This document shows positions 36,515 to 49,064 of a stretch of DNA of 64,000 nt, piece by piece. Both the position numbers and the translations under genes were made by a program. The stretch spans positions 62,001 to 126,000 of the forward strand of contig QPGO01000110.1 in the NCBI GenBank assembly GCA_008632985.1. The letters are read 5' to 3'. The notes beneath the pieces were generated by a model. The model saw only the letters and a program-made list of their open reading frames with translations, searched no databases and was not told the DNA's origin. Origin of the DNA: Psammoneis japonica (lineage: Eukaryota). Within the stretch, counting starts at the first letter, position 1. Each line of letters begins with the position of its first letter.

Positions 36515-37659
36515 ATGGCGTCGTCTCTGAGTCGAAGCGCTAGCGCCATGCGCACCGCAGTACAGCGCCTACAACCATCACCCACGGTCCTTACACCTTG
36601 CACTCAACCTAAGCGCCTGCTGTCGAGCAAAATCCCTCCAACGCCACCGAAACGACGAGTTGTCAATCCGGCTCATTCCAAAACGTCTGGCGTCGGCACG
36701 GGAACGTATGAAGACGCCGGGGCGTTTGGTTTTACCAAGAATCGCGGTCCCGTATCATGGCCCGCCTTGGGATTAGTGGCTGTGGTGGCAGCCAGTGTGG
36801 TTTCCTACTACAAAGTCGAGCGAGAGAGGCGATTGGAAAATGCCATGGGAAAAATTGTATCAAGTGAGTCGGATGGGTGGAGTCCCAATCCAGAGTTTCT
36901 AGCAAAGCGACAATGGAAATTAACCCAATATGGATGGTTTCCCGCCGAGGATGCCTTTGGCGGAGGTGTGTGTTTGTTTTGATAATTGTGTTTGAAGTGT
37001 ATGGGTGGTGTAGTTTGTTGAGATGGGTTGTTGTATGCTATATGATTTCTCAGAAGAAGAAAAGAGTGTCTGTATGAATCAGAAGAAAAAACATACAGAT
37101 TGTCTCACATTATCTATTCTATTTCCTGCTCTGCTCATAGCCGGCAAACCCGCCATTGGCGGTCCGTGGTCACTGGTTGATTTGGACGGCAACCTCGTGA
37201 CCAACAAGTCGTTTGAAGGCAAGTGGCTCTTGCTCTACTTTGGCTTTGCTCGATGCTCCCGACATTTGTCCGTCGGAAATGGTCAAGGTTGGAAAAGTCA
37301 TGGACATGCTGAAAAAGAGCCATCCACAATTAGCCGACAAGTTGCAACCCATCTTTGTCAGTGTCGATCCCGCTCGTGATTCACTCAAGGCACTTCGGGA
37401 GTACGCCAAGGACTTTCATCCGTCCTTTGTCTTTCTGACGGGGTCTCCGGTGCAAGTGCAGGAAATGGCGAAAAAGTATAGAGTCTATGTTAGCAAGGCG
37501 GATGAAACCGAGGATGGTGATTACTTGGTGGACCATTCGATTGTTATTTACTTTCATGACGATACCGGTGATTTGGCCGATTGCTTTACGCAATCCATGA
37601 GACCCACGGATGTTTCGGAAAAGATTATTGAGCGCATGACTTTTGTGCCATCGTACTGA
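36515..37659 (+). CDS. SCO1: SCO1/SenC cytochrome c oxidase copper chaperone
   Basis: IGGPWSLVD..YFGFARC/PDICP (CxxxC split by a 1-nt frameshift), SVDPARD, YLVDHS; intron ~36966-37140. Confidence 0.9.
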
Positions 37660-37890
37660 TAGATATAAAAAGTTTGGAGCCAATAATACAACGAATAGTA
37701 ATGATTCTAACTTGTGTGTTTATTGTTTTAATACAAACAACTTGTGCTATGCAATACCGAGACCCAGTGATGTTTCGGAAAAAAAATATTGAGCGCATGG
37801 CTTTTGTGCCGTGGTACTGATAGATGTAATCCTTGGAGCCAACAAAAGAACGAATAGTACTGATTCTATCTTGTGTTTATTGTTAAAACA
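37601..37890. repeat. Tandem duplication of the SCO1 3' end and downstream flank (~130 bp)
   Basis: GACCCA..GATGTTTCGGAAAA..ATTGAGCGCATG..TTTTGTGCC..GTACTGATAGAT at 37601 and 37762. Confidence 0.85.
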
Positions 37891-37897
37891 ACTCGTG

Positions 37898-39298
37898 CTA
37901 CACAATACCGTTGCTTGCACTGTTGTGCCCTCTTTCCTGCAAATACTCGGAAATTACATTGCCAATTTGATTGTCTACCTCCTCTTCTTGCTCTACTTGC
38001 AACGATGCGTCACCATTTGCTTCGTCTTGTTGCAGTGAAGTCGATTTGATAACAAACAACGAAGTCGCCGATCCGTCCGGTTCTTCTCGAAACGACAATT
38101 CGTGTTCGACACGTTGGTATTTGTTCTTTCCGTGTCGTTTTGTGGAACCACTTGGTCTCTTTTCTTCTCTTTCTTCTTGTTTGGACGTTGTTGGTTCCAA
38201 TTGTATCTCTTCTTCATCCAAGTCTTCGAGTTGTGCTTCTTGCTCCATTTTGGCCAAATGAAAGGTAACCTTGTAGCATACGACACCCAAAAACACAATG
38301 AAAATACCCGCAACATTGGTTGGATTCAGCGGGTCACCAAACGCAAGCACACCCATTAGTATTGTAAGCATTTCCTTGATGACACCACCAATCATGAGAA
38401 CAATGGCATTGGAATTCATAATGAGATTGAATTCAAACAGCACCATACAAATGCCAGTGTCGCTCCACCCAGTCCCAAGGAAGTAGTATAAAAGGCATCA
38501 AGGGCGTGTCAAAGAAATTGCCACCCCTTAATCTATCCCATGGTTGTTCAATTGCCATGGACAAGACAAACATGGAACAAAACATGCACGGCTCAAGACT
38601 CGCATGGTTGCAATTGTCGTCTTGAGCGGTGGGTCCAACTGATTTAGTTTCAGCTGTACCAACGTCCACCGTGCTCCCGATAAAACAGTGGCACTTAGAC
38701 ACAAAATGAAACCAATTAAATTAAAGTCCACTTCACCCCATACCGTCAAGAATTCGCCAGACGCAATCAAGGCCACCACAACGAGTAAACTGGTGGTGAT
38801 TTTCTCAATCCCAAACACATAGGCCCACAACAAGACAAACACGGGTGCCGATGCCTTGACCATGGTATAAAAGGTAATTGTGATTTTGACGAGACTCAAA
38901 TTGCTCAATCCAACATCGCCCGATGTGACCAATCCACAGGGGATCGAAACGGAAAGAAAGGTCTTCCAGTCCATTTGTTTCAGCAAATCGCCACCAAAGT
39001 ACTCGGGCGCTACGTATTCACTCATGGCCCAACTAAAGACCCATTGAACGAGAAAATGAACACTCGTCAAGAGCAAAGGACATGGAAAACCCAAATGGCC
39101 GCTACCAAACACGAGCTGAGTGTGTGTGCGATTGGTGGATTGGGCGAGTCATTGTGAGTATAAGAACAACAACAACAATATAACATACACGTGTTTCTTA
39201 TTCAGACTCACCTTATTGAAAGCGCTTAGTAAGGCTGAAAAGAGAAACCATCCCAGCATAGACGGGAGGTATATACAGTGATCTCGATAGAAGCCCAT
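37898..39298 (-). CDS. Triose-phosphate/nucleotide-sugar transporter family protein (SLC35C2-like)
   Basis: DVGLSNLSLVKITITFYTMVKASAPVFVL..GARWTLVQ..GGVIKE; one intron; frameshifts. Confidence 0.85.
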
Positions 39299-39574
39299 AG
39301 TGTCGATTGTATTTTGTATTGCGATAATATGAAACAAATGCCTCGGAATTGAAAATTGAAGCTCCGTGACAGAGTATTGAGTATTTTGAATGCTTGTATT
39401 CTAGTCAATCAACCACACATTCGAAAAATTCGTTGTTTCTCTTTAATGTATCGTCCTGTTAGCAGTGTTGTTGAGAGGTAAGAGCGGTCACAGCAGCAAC
39501 AAAAGACGTTGTTCTAAAACAAAAAGGTATTGGATAAAACAGTCCCGTTGCGTCTTGCGTCGCGTTGTTACATA

Positions 39575-41634
39575 CTACGAATTCGGAAACAATTGCGCGT
39601 TTTCCAGCGCGAAGGTCGAATATCGCGCCTGAACCGACGATCGGCGCTTCGCGCAAAACTCATGTACAAATACGTAGAAAACATACTAGAGCTAGAACTC
39701 CAGAACGGAGAAAATCATCTGAATGGTGCGCGTATCATCACAATGATGTTGTTGCGTCCCTTCGTGAGCGTTTCTTACTACCATGCCACCCACAAAGAGA
39801 CGAAAGCATTGTGTTCCTGCTCAAGCACCTGGAGATACAGTGACTCATCCGTCTAGTGGTGGCACTAGAGGCTATTCCCAGGCTCAACTTTTTTCCGGAG
39901 AGGTTTCTGGAGATGACGCCCGCGCCGACCCATACTCGGCCTTGTTTGAGCTATTCTTGATCGTTTTTGTTCATTGAAGACATGTCTTTTACTTTTAGGA
40001 GGTATAATTGATAGGTGAGACCCTTGGTTTGGTGAGAAACGGAGTAGTCGTTGTGTAGAAATCAAAAAATGGGTCTTTTCCATTTTTGGGCGGCAAAACC
40101 CATACTTTGATGTTATTCGTTCAATACACCTCCTCTGTTGCCTCCCATTGCTGTTATCTCTTTATTAAGATACGAAAAGTATCCCCTGTCTTGGGTATGC
40201 TGTGTGTATGATCTGTGGCGAGAAATATTGCTCACATTCGTGTGGTCTCGCATCGGCATTTTGAGACTACCACCGACCCATACTTTGATGTTTATTCGTT
40301 CATTTGGTCTCTTTACTCTCACTTCTTTGATCGAATCTTTACTTTATAGTTGTGGTAGCATCCTTCTGTCTTGAATTTGCTGTGGGCGCGAGCTGTGGCA
40401 AGAAGTATTCATCGATAAAACCAACTGCGACATGTGCCGACGCCTTCTCCTCGCTTGCAGAGAATGCGCTTTTCCCGTTAGTCTAGTCTGTTGGATACTA
40501 CTGCTAATAGAATCATAAAATAGAATGGTGACACCTAACAAATTCTTCTATTATCTGAAGCTAGTATTCCCCCATTTTCATTGGTAGCATGATGCTCCTC
40601 GGCTGTTCGTGTATCCGAGAGTCGAGTGCTGACTCGAATCCTCATGTTTTACAATGTCAGCGCGTTCACTAGAAAATCATGAGTGGAGGAATCACAGGAT
40701 GAATCGTTTGATGTGTTGCCAGTACTTCCGACTTCGATATTGTCGATAGGAATTCGATTATCTTCGTCAGCATTTGTCGGTGCGACATCAGTGCTTTTCC
40801 GTCTGTGGACGCGTCAACCATACTGTAACCTCTGCTTGGCATTTCTTGTTGGATTTATTGTGCTTCCAAGGCAGAATGATGCTACCACAACTATAAAGTA
40901 AAGATTCGATCAAAGAAGTGAGAGTAAAGAGACCAAATGAACGAATAAACATTAAAGTATGGGTCGGTGGTAGTCTCAAAATGCCGATGCGAGACCACAC
41001 GAATGTGAGCAATATTTCTCGCCACAGATCATACACACAGCATACCCAAGACAGGGGATACTTTTCGTATCTGTGATAAAGAGATAACAGCAATGGGAGG
41101 CAACAGAGGAGGTGTATTGAACGAAATAACATCAAAGCATGGGTCGTGACCATTCCTGATTATCCGGTCAATCCAGTCAATGTGACAGTGCAATGTTTCT
41201 CACCACAGATCGAATACACAGCATGACCAAGACAGTGAGTACCTTTGGTATCTATAATAGAGAGACACCAGCAATGGCAGGCAACAGAGGAGGTGTCTTT
41301 AACGAATAAAGATCAAAGCATGGGTTTTGCCGCTCAAAATTGGAAAACACCCATTTTTTGATTTCAACACAACGACAACTCCATTTTTCGCCAAACCCTA
41401 AAAGTAATATCCATGTCTTCAATGAACGAAAACGATCAAGAACAGCTCAAACAAGGCCGAGTCTGGATCGGCGCTGCGCTATGTAAAAAAAAATCCACGC
41501 TCCAGGAAAAAGTCTCTCTCTAGTATGTTTTCTACGCATTTCTACACAAATCTTGCGCGAAGCTCCGATCGTTGCTTCGGGATGAAAATTTGAGCTTCGC
41601 GCACGAAAACGCGCAATTGTTTCCGAATTCGTAG
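39575..41634. mobile_element. Non-autonomous foldback/MITE-like element with ~0.75-kb imperfect inverted arms, flanked by TA
   Basis: CTACGAATTCGGAAACAATTGCGCGTTTTC at 39575 is the reverse complement of the end at 41634. Internal blocks 39920-40362 mirror 40879-41474. TA on both sides; no transposase ORF. Confidence 0.8.
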
Positions 41635-41833
41635 TAGTTTTTACAGTATGTTCGTTCGTTTTTGCTGGCGTTGAATGTCTGGCCGCTGGCCGTCAGCATC
41701 GTCGTTGCGCGAATTATGCGCGCTCACTCTAGAGCACGCAGAAAAATAGCGCGGCCCATTTTTTTCTGCATCCGCCCTGCTGTTTTCATCATTGACATTG
41801 TTCTGTGTGATGCTGTTTGATGTTTGACGTTAT

Positions 41834-44800
41834 ATGATGAAACCAGCAACGAGTGCAACATGGAAATCAAAGCCTGATAGTAATACTGACTCTTGTATGA
41901 CGTTAGAGGAGAAACAAGTGATTCTCAAGGGCCTTCTGGAAAAGCTGCGCCCCTTTCAGCGAGAAGCTTATGAATTCGCCACCAAGGGGACTCGCTATGA
42001 ACGCCAGTGGGCAAAAGATGATGCTGTAACGGACAAGAAGAAGGATAGTTCCAAGAAGAATACAAAGTCTTTAGGCTCGAAAAGCAATGGAAAAATTGAA
42101 GACGATGACGACTACAACTATGCAAAGAACTTTGTCGGAGGCAATGGGCGCATACTGCTTGCAGACGAAATGGGTTTAGGCAAGTCGATCACGTCCTTGG
42201 CAATCATGGCATACTACGCACAAGAATGGCCTCTTCTTATTCTATGTCCCGCGAGTTTGCGACATCAATGGCCTTGTGAGATTGAAAAGTTCATACCAAG
42301 TCTTCCAACGTCAGCTCTCCACGTGGTCGCGGGGTTTGATGATGTGGCTTTTGGCAAGCACAAGAAGAATCTCAAAATTGTCGTGGCACCCTATTCTCTT
42401 TTGCAGACACGATCGGCAGTGGCACGACTCTTGCAAGAAATGAACTTTCAATGTGTCATTGCAGACGAATCGCACAATATCAAGGAACGCACGTCCCAGA
42501 AATGCAAGCTCGCCATGCCGATACTCACACGAGCCAAACGTGTAGTACTTCTATCTGGAACACCCGCCTTGGCAAGACCGGTGGAGTTGTGGACACAAGT
42601 GTCGTGTATTGCGCCAAAGCTATTTTACGGATCATCTTTTAACCAATTTACGAAACGCTACTGCAATGCACACCGAAATAGATTTGGACGGTGGGATGTG
42701 TCGGGCCTCTGTAATGCCGCCGAGCTGCACTCCAAGTTGAAACTCATCATGGTACGACGATTGAAATCCAATGTCTTGACCGAGCTACCACCCAAACAAC
42801 GTTCGATTGTACCCATTTCCATTGCGAATCCAAAGCTCAAGGCTGAAAGTCAAGCGTTGGTACAGCAATTGCAGGACACACGCACGTCGGTACAAGACCT
42901 GTTCATGGTGGACAGTGCTCGACAAGCTGATTTTGAAGCACGACGACTCTTGATGGAGTGTTATCAAGCAAGTGGTATCGCCAAGGCACCAGCAGTGGCA
43001 GAGTATCTCGTCGACTGGCTCAAGGGGTCGTCTACGCAAAAGATTCTTGTCTTTTGTCATCACACCGCCGTCATGGATACGCTGGAAGACGCCATTACCA
43101 AGAACAACAAAAGCAATCCGACAAGTCATATTCGTATTGATGGTTCCGTCCCATCCAAGAATCGGGCCGTCTTGGTCCGCAAGTTTCAGAGCAATCCCCG
43201 GGTGCGCGTGGCCTTGTTGAGTGTCACGGCGGCCGGTGTTGGATTGACACTGACGGCGGCGAGTTCTGTTTTGTTTGCCGAATTGCACTGGACTCCCGGG
43301 GTCTTGGCACAGGCCGAAGATCGATGCCATCGTATTGGACAAGCCAATGCGGTCAATGTCATGTATTGTATTTGTAAGGATCAACAGACTAGTGTGGATA
43401 TGAGCTTGTGGGCCATGTTGAGTCGCAAAGTGGGAACCTTGGGGAGAGTGATTGATGGATGCAAGGTATGTGCGAACTATTCTTCTTGTCGATTCTCGTT
43501 CTATTTTTGCGGTCGATATCAACAAATAACATCTTACTACTGCATTGCTTATTTGGTAACAATAGGATGCATCCATGGAGGCCAAGGACGCCGACCCCAA
43601 CGACGTACTGTCTCAACCGCGTGGCGAATCTGCCGCAGATGAGTTGGTACGCTTCTTTGCAGAAACTTCGGCTCTGGACAGACAGAAACGTCCGTCCACG
43701 CAGGAACCTGTAGCAAAAGGGTCCATTCTAAGCTTTTTCAAAAAGCCAGCGGCGTCTGCATCTACTACGACCGCTCAATCTGGCGGTGGTCCTACCAAAA
43801 CAAAGAAACAAAAGCTTGAGACAAGCACACCAGTCCAGACGCAACGGGCACTTTCACTTGAGACACAGGCATTTACTCGCAGTGAAAACGCTGGGTACGA
43901 GAAGAAAATGCCGTCATTACCAGATCCGTTGCCCATGATTGCTTGGTCGTGTGAGATGTGTACGTTTGAGAATCAACAACGAAAGAAACAAAGTGGCTGG
44001 CTTGCTTGCGAAATGTGCAATACCCCATATGTTCAAGGTACCGTGACAAGTAATGACACCAAAGCGAAACTATCGCCAGCGAAGAAACAACCAAGCCAAC
44101 CCATTGTGATTGACATTGATTCACAAGAGGAGAAGCCATCTCGGATCGATAGAAGGATACAGCCAAGTCATCCTATTGTGATTGACATTGATTCACAAGA
44201 GAAGAAATCATCTCGTATGGATAGTAGGGTGACGCCAGCGCCTGCGAAGGAAGTCATTGAAATTGATCTTGAGGACGTCGAGCCTCGGCCAGCGCCCGTT
44301 TCTTCCGCAATGCGCGATACTAGCATCGTGACTCCATCCACCGCGAGAAGGAAACGACCTCTGGAGGGCATGTCCAAGGCAACGGAGCCAAACGAAAAGC
44401 CGTGCGTTTTGAAATTTAGTGTTTCTGTCAATAGCGGCCGAGTCATTTTCCACTCTGCGGGTGATAACAGCCAATCCATGTGCACTGGGTTTGACATTGA
44501 TGACGTTTTAACAGAAGAGTCGTGTGACAAACTAATGACGGCGGCAGTGAAACGGTCCGCTGGGCAATCGGCACCGCAGAGCAGTCACGTGTCGGTTGAG
44601 TTTAATGATGCGGAGGTTTTGAAAGGTTGGTACTTGTTCTCTTGAATGCTGTGTTAAAAAGCGCTTCCTACAATCTCACCTTTTGCTTCCTTTCCAAGTC
44701 GTTGACAGACTTCCAGCTGAAGTAGCCAAGGACTCTGAAACTGTGAAGCAGTGTTGCCGAGAATTGAAAGCGTTCGTGTCTGTTTACTTGACCCTACGTG

Positions 44801-45554
44801 AGGTGGAAAAGAAGGCTCTCAAAGAATTCGGACAAGCTGTTTCTCCTTTTGGATTAAGAAAGACTCTAGCTGAAATCATGACTCCCAGCGTCACAAATTG
44901 TACGGAGCGGTACAAGGGAGGTGCTAGGGAACGAGCAAGGGAAAACGCCGAGAATGGCACTGCGACGGAGTCGGACCGTGCTGTTTTGGCTGGAACAGCC
45001 TGCGCTTGGTGCGCCAAACTACTACCATCGAGCTCCTTTGCACCGGGAGTGCAAGCCAAATATTGTTCCAACAAGTGTGCTGAAACTGGCCGGTTGGGTA
45101 GCGGTGGCATGTACGCGTCTACTCGAGTTCGGGAACAAGTGTTCCGACTGGAGGAAGGTGTTTGTCAGAAATGCGGAATGGATGCACACTCTCTGTACCG
45201 CCGAATTTGCGCCCTCCAACCTGCCGAGAGGTTAAATGTTCTTTGCAACGCAAACTGGCGTCTTCCGACGACCAGTACTGCGCTCGAGCGGCTCTTACAA
45301 AACCCAAGGAGGGAGACTTTTGGCAAGCAGATCACATTGTAGCTGTCGCAGAAGGAGGAGGAGCTTGTGGGTTAGATAATCTTCAAACGCTTTGTACGCC
45401 GTGTCACAGGATTGAAACCGACAAGTTGAGAGCCCGTTTACGCTTGAACGGCGCAGTTGGTGAACAATCGGATCCGTCATCCGCCCATGCCAAACAGATG
45501 GACATTCGATCAGCGTTTCCATTAAAAGACGCTCGTCGCAAAAGATGTGAATAG
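41834..45554 (+). CDS. ZRANB3: SNF2-family annealing helicase/endonuclease, ZRANB3-like (SNF2 + RanBP2 zinc finger + HNH)
   Basis: LADEMGLGKS, IADESH, LSGTP, QAEDRCHRIGQ; WSCEMCTFEN..CEMC; WQADHIVAVAEGGG..NLQTLCTPCH; two introns and one frameshift. Confidence 0.88.
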
Positions 45555-45614
45555 TTCGCAAGGTTTACTTGTGTACCAAATCTTTGATGCATTCTATAAT
45601 AGATTTTCTGAATG

Positions 45615-45748
45615 TCACTTGCGTGATCAGCGGTCAACCTTTGAGCAAACCATTGCTATTTTCCAACCGTGAACCTTGGAACGGAGTATACGGTAGATGG
45701 TCTCAGAGAAGGCGCCGAATGGACAATAACCACAGAGATAGATTAGCT
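45615..45748 (+). repeat. Diverged copy of the 3' end of the gene at 47509-48696
   Basis: Matches ~48573-48698 (TCACTTGCGTGA..CGGTCAACCTTTGAGCAAACCATTGCTATTTT..CAGAGATAGATTAGCT). Confidence 0.85.
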
Positions 45749-45928
45749 GTACAATTTAGTTTGGTTATATGGTCTGTTGCTTCTGGTGCGCTACTTGGAC
45801 AAATTGGCTCCTACCTCCTTATCGTCCCAACAAGGCCAGGATAGAAGGTAAAGTTATAGATGCACAATGCTATCAAGATTAGTTTCTCTACACAAAGCTA
45901 TACACGATGCATGAATCATCACACTTTT

Positions 45929-47135
45929 TTAGAACCAGCGGCCTTGATCACTATGCCCACTAATTGCGTAGTAGCCACGTCCTTTGTTCTTCTTCAATTT
46001 TTCACGATAGTCCCATGTCTTCCACGTATTATTGATCACGTTTTTGTAAAAAGAGGCAATCTCACCCTGACCCTCGAGGTGATACCAGTGTTCGAGCTGC
46101 ATGAACTGAAAGACATCCAATGCAGAATTCATGGTGACATCAACATGCACATACGTGCGACGGTAAGTCGGCACCATGTCTTCCAGCGTTTGACCCAGGC
46201 GTGGCGGATGGTCTGGACCGGCAAAGCGAATTGCCTCCCACCAGTTCCGTGCGAGAAAGAAACGGCCAGCGCATTTATCGGAAAGCCTGAGTACGTCATC
46301 ACCCCTGTTGATGCAAACAAAGACTTTGCCTGTTGGACGAAGCTGGCCAACCCAGTCGACGTGAGTGTTTCAGTCAACGTCCGCAGCAGTAAGGATGATG
46401 TTCTGGAAGAGAGATAGACTGCTGTGCGACACTCCAGAGCATTCTTGCCTTCTCGGAGGTCAGGGATGCGCGACTGGTTAATGGACGTGTCCAGAATTGC
46501 ATTTTCCAATACATAGTTGCCCATGCTATGGCACATGAGCGACACTGTCTGTCGGTTGTTGGCCTGGTAGAGGTAATCCTGACTTTTAGCTAGGAAGCGT
46601 AAGAAAGGACGCGCTGACATCTGGCATCTACCCTGTCCTCGTCGTAGCCACTGAAACGACCTTCAGTAGGCCACATGAATACAATCACCTCACACTTGTA
46701 TTTTTCCTGAAGCTTGGCTGCCGCCTGGAACGGAGTTTCAATCCTGTTGTTGTACCCATGGACGTAAACAACAGGGGTCGAGAAGGCGCCTCGCCCTGTC
46801 GGCAACCTCCCGAAAGGCTCTTTGAATCTTTGAATGATGTCCTAGAGGCTGATCTTCGAAGATATCACAGCGCCACTCTGAGCTTTCGGCAGTGGGCTTT
46901 GACTTCGAGAAACTCCATGCCTTTCCAAAGCGAAGATTGTTCATCGTTTCATCTTTGCTCCCCTCAAAAGATTTGATCGCATCCTGGTAAGCCTGTTGGA
47001 AAGAATGTTTTTCATTTCTTTACCAGTCAAGTCTCTGCCCGAATCGTACTTCTTTTTCACTCTACGGCAGGTGGCGAAGAGAATCCATTCCGGCGGTTCA
47101 CTGTCCTCACTGTCCTCTCGTTTGCGGGAAGGCAT
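45929..47135 (-). CDS. Alpha/beta-hydrolase (DUF900-like esterase); frameshifted
   Basis: VVYVHGYN, FMWP..GY..DR, nucleophile motif CHSMGN, C-terminal HWY; split over several frames. Confidence 0.7.
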
Positions 47136-47508
47136 TTTTACCCTCTCTCTCTTTTGCTTGTTCCTCAGTTGTACTGCTAATGGGGACCTGCTGTCATGAT
47201 GGGTTTCAGGTTGTCAATGTGATTGATGATGAGAACACCCGCAGTTCAAGTTTCACGACTGACTATCGATGATGCGTGCGGGAATATCATCAGTACGGTA
47301 GACTGTAGAATGCACACGTTGTTGATGGCGCATTCAGTCTTGCTATTTCAGAAGATAACCCGGACTTTCATGTCATGAACGATCAAACGCATCGCAAGGC
47401 GAACTAACGATGATGTTTTCCATTTATCACGGCGTCATCAAGCAGGAGCCCAAACCTAAGCCCACTGCCCTATTCAGTTGAACCTTTATAAATCCAAACC
47501 GATGAGCC

Positions 47509-48696
47509 ATGAGGATGAGGTTAATATGTACAGTTTGCTTGCTCTCAATAGCAACTTCTCATGTTGTGGCATTTAGCACGGTAGACGCATCTACAGCAGG
47601 TTTAGTTCGGTGTCGGTTCAACGAGACCTTCCAGTGTCACCCACAAAAGCGCAAGAAGCGTGGATATCATTTGTGTTTGAAAAAGGCGGGGGGCTGCCGA
47701 CAATTGTAATCCCTCAGAAGGACGGCGATACATCTCGTCGTCTTTTGGTTCCGCTGTTTGCGCAAGAAACGATAACTTCAAGCACAGTGGGTGATAGCGA
47801 AGCTTCGGTTGAATACGTCTTGACAGAGCTAGGGCCAATCTGGAGTTCCGAAATCAAGAAGGATACCCATTTGGGCGTAGTGGATTCACTAGCTCACCCG
47901 ATAACAATGATTGTTGTTCAATGACGTGGACGAGCACTTTTACCACTTTGCAACGAAATGGCTTTTGGAAAGCGGTGACAGAACAGTTGATTAATACCGC
48001 AAGCGATAATCTTGCTGCTAGCCTGAGAGCACCCTTGCTGTACACTCGGACAACAAGACTAGCCACGAAAGAAGCAGTGCCGTTATCAAAGATTGCTGAA
48101 CATTGGGTTGAGTTTTGCTTTCGAAGCGGCGGCGGACTGCCGGTCAACCCACCACTTGTTGTGAATCGCGGTGAAGAGAGCGGCAAAGATACAGAATTGT
48201 TACGCGTACCTCCCTTTCTTCGTGAAAAGGTAATTTCAGTCGATACCTCCAGCGAGTGTAGCACGGTTCAATACAGGATTATGAATCCCAGTTTGTTTAC
48301 CTACCAAGTCTACAGCCATTTGGGCCGTGTGCGATTTTATCCAAAGCAAGACTACATTGATATGGTCTGGAACGTTGAGATTCGACCTTATCGCGGTTGG
48401 GAAGAGGCTGTCAAGATATTTACAGAAGCGATAATCACAATGCTTTCTCGGAATTTCGCATCTCATCTAGCCGAACCGAATGCACACGTTTCTCTTCGAC
48501 CACCGCGAGGCGGTCGTGGAGAGCACTAGCTCAGATACGCAAAGATTCCTGGTTGGGGGGTGTCTTAGATGCTCACTTGCGTGACCAGCGGTCAACCTTT
48601 GAGCAAACCATTGCTATTTTTCAACCGTGGACCTGGGGACGGAGTACAGATGGTCCTGGAGAAGGCGCCGAATGGACAACCGCAGAGATAGATTAG
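47509..48696 (+). CDS. Hypothetical protein with a signal peptide and two repeated SRPBCC-like modules; frameshifted
   Basis: Repeated W..F.F..GGGLP...LL.VP....E.I...V.Y...HLG.V units. Confidence 0.55.
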
Positions 48697-49064
48697 CTAC
48701 ACTACTTGTAAGTTCTACATAGGAACATTTTAGCTACAAAAGAAAGAAGCCAAGCGACGTAAATTTAGTAGTATAAAAGATAAAAGGCTGTCGAGTTTAT
48801 TCCGTTTAACCTACAGTACGTTTTAATCGCAAAGATACAGAAATCAAATGTCACAAATCATTTAGATACACGTTTCAAGGAAGAAGAGCCCGGAAACACA
48901 TCCAAACAAAATGATATATGCTCTCGCGTGGTAAAGAAATCGTACAGGCGTGGGGGATTCCATAGTATGGATCAAACTTGACGAAACACAGCCACGCTTT
49001 TTCACAAACTGTAGTCAAGACTAGCACAGCAACGTACCGGTATACCTGCACGTTTCCTGTTTGA

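Noticed and set aside
41834..45554. ZRANB3-like helicase/HNH as the effector of the hypermutation
   Set aside because: A conserved replication-stress enzyme with no deaminase domain; proximity alone is not evidence in a eukaryotic genome.
23335..48696. Frameshifts in SDR, GPCR, WW, SCO1, TPT, ZRANB3-like and other genes as pseudogenisation or programmed frameshifting
   Set aside because: Single-base indels are scattered across otherwise intact, conserved genes, which is most consistent with uncorrected long-read errors. Needs read or RNA-seq confirmation.
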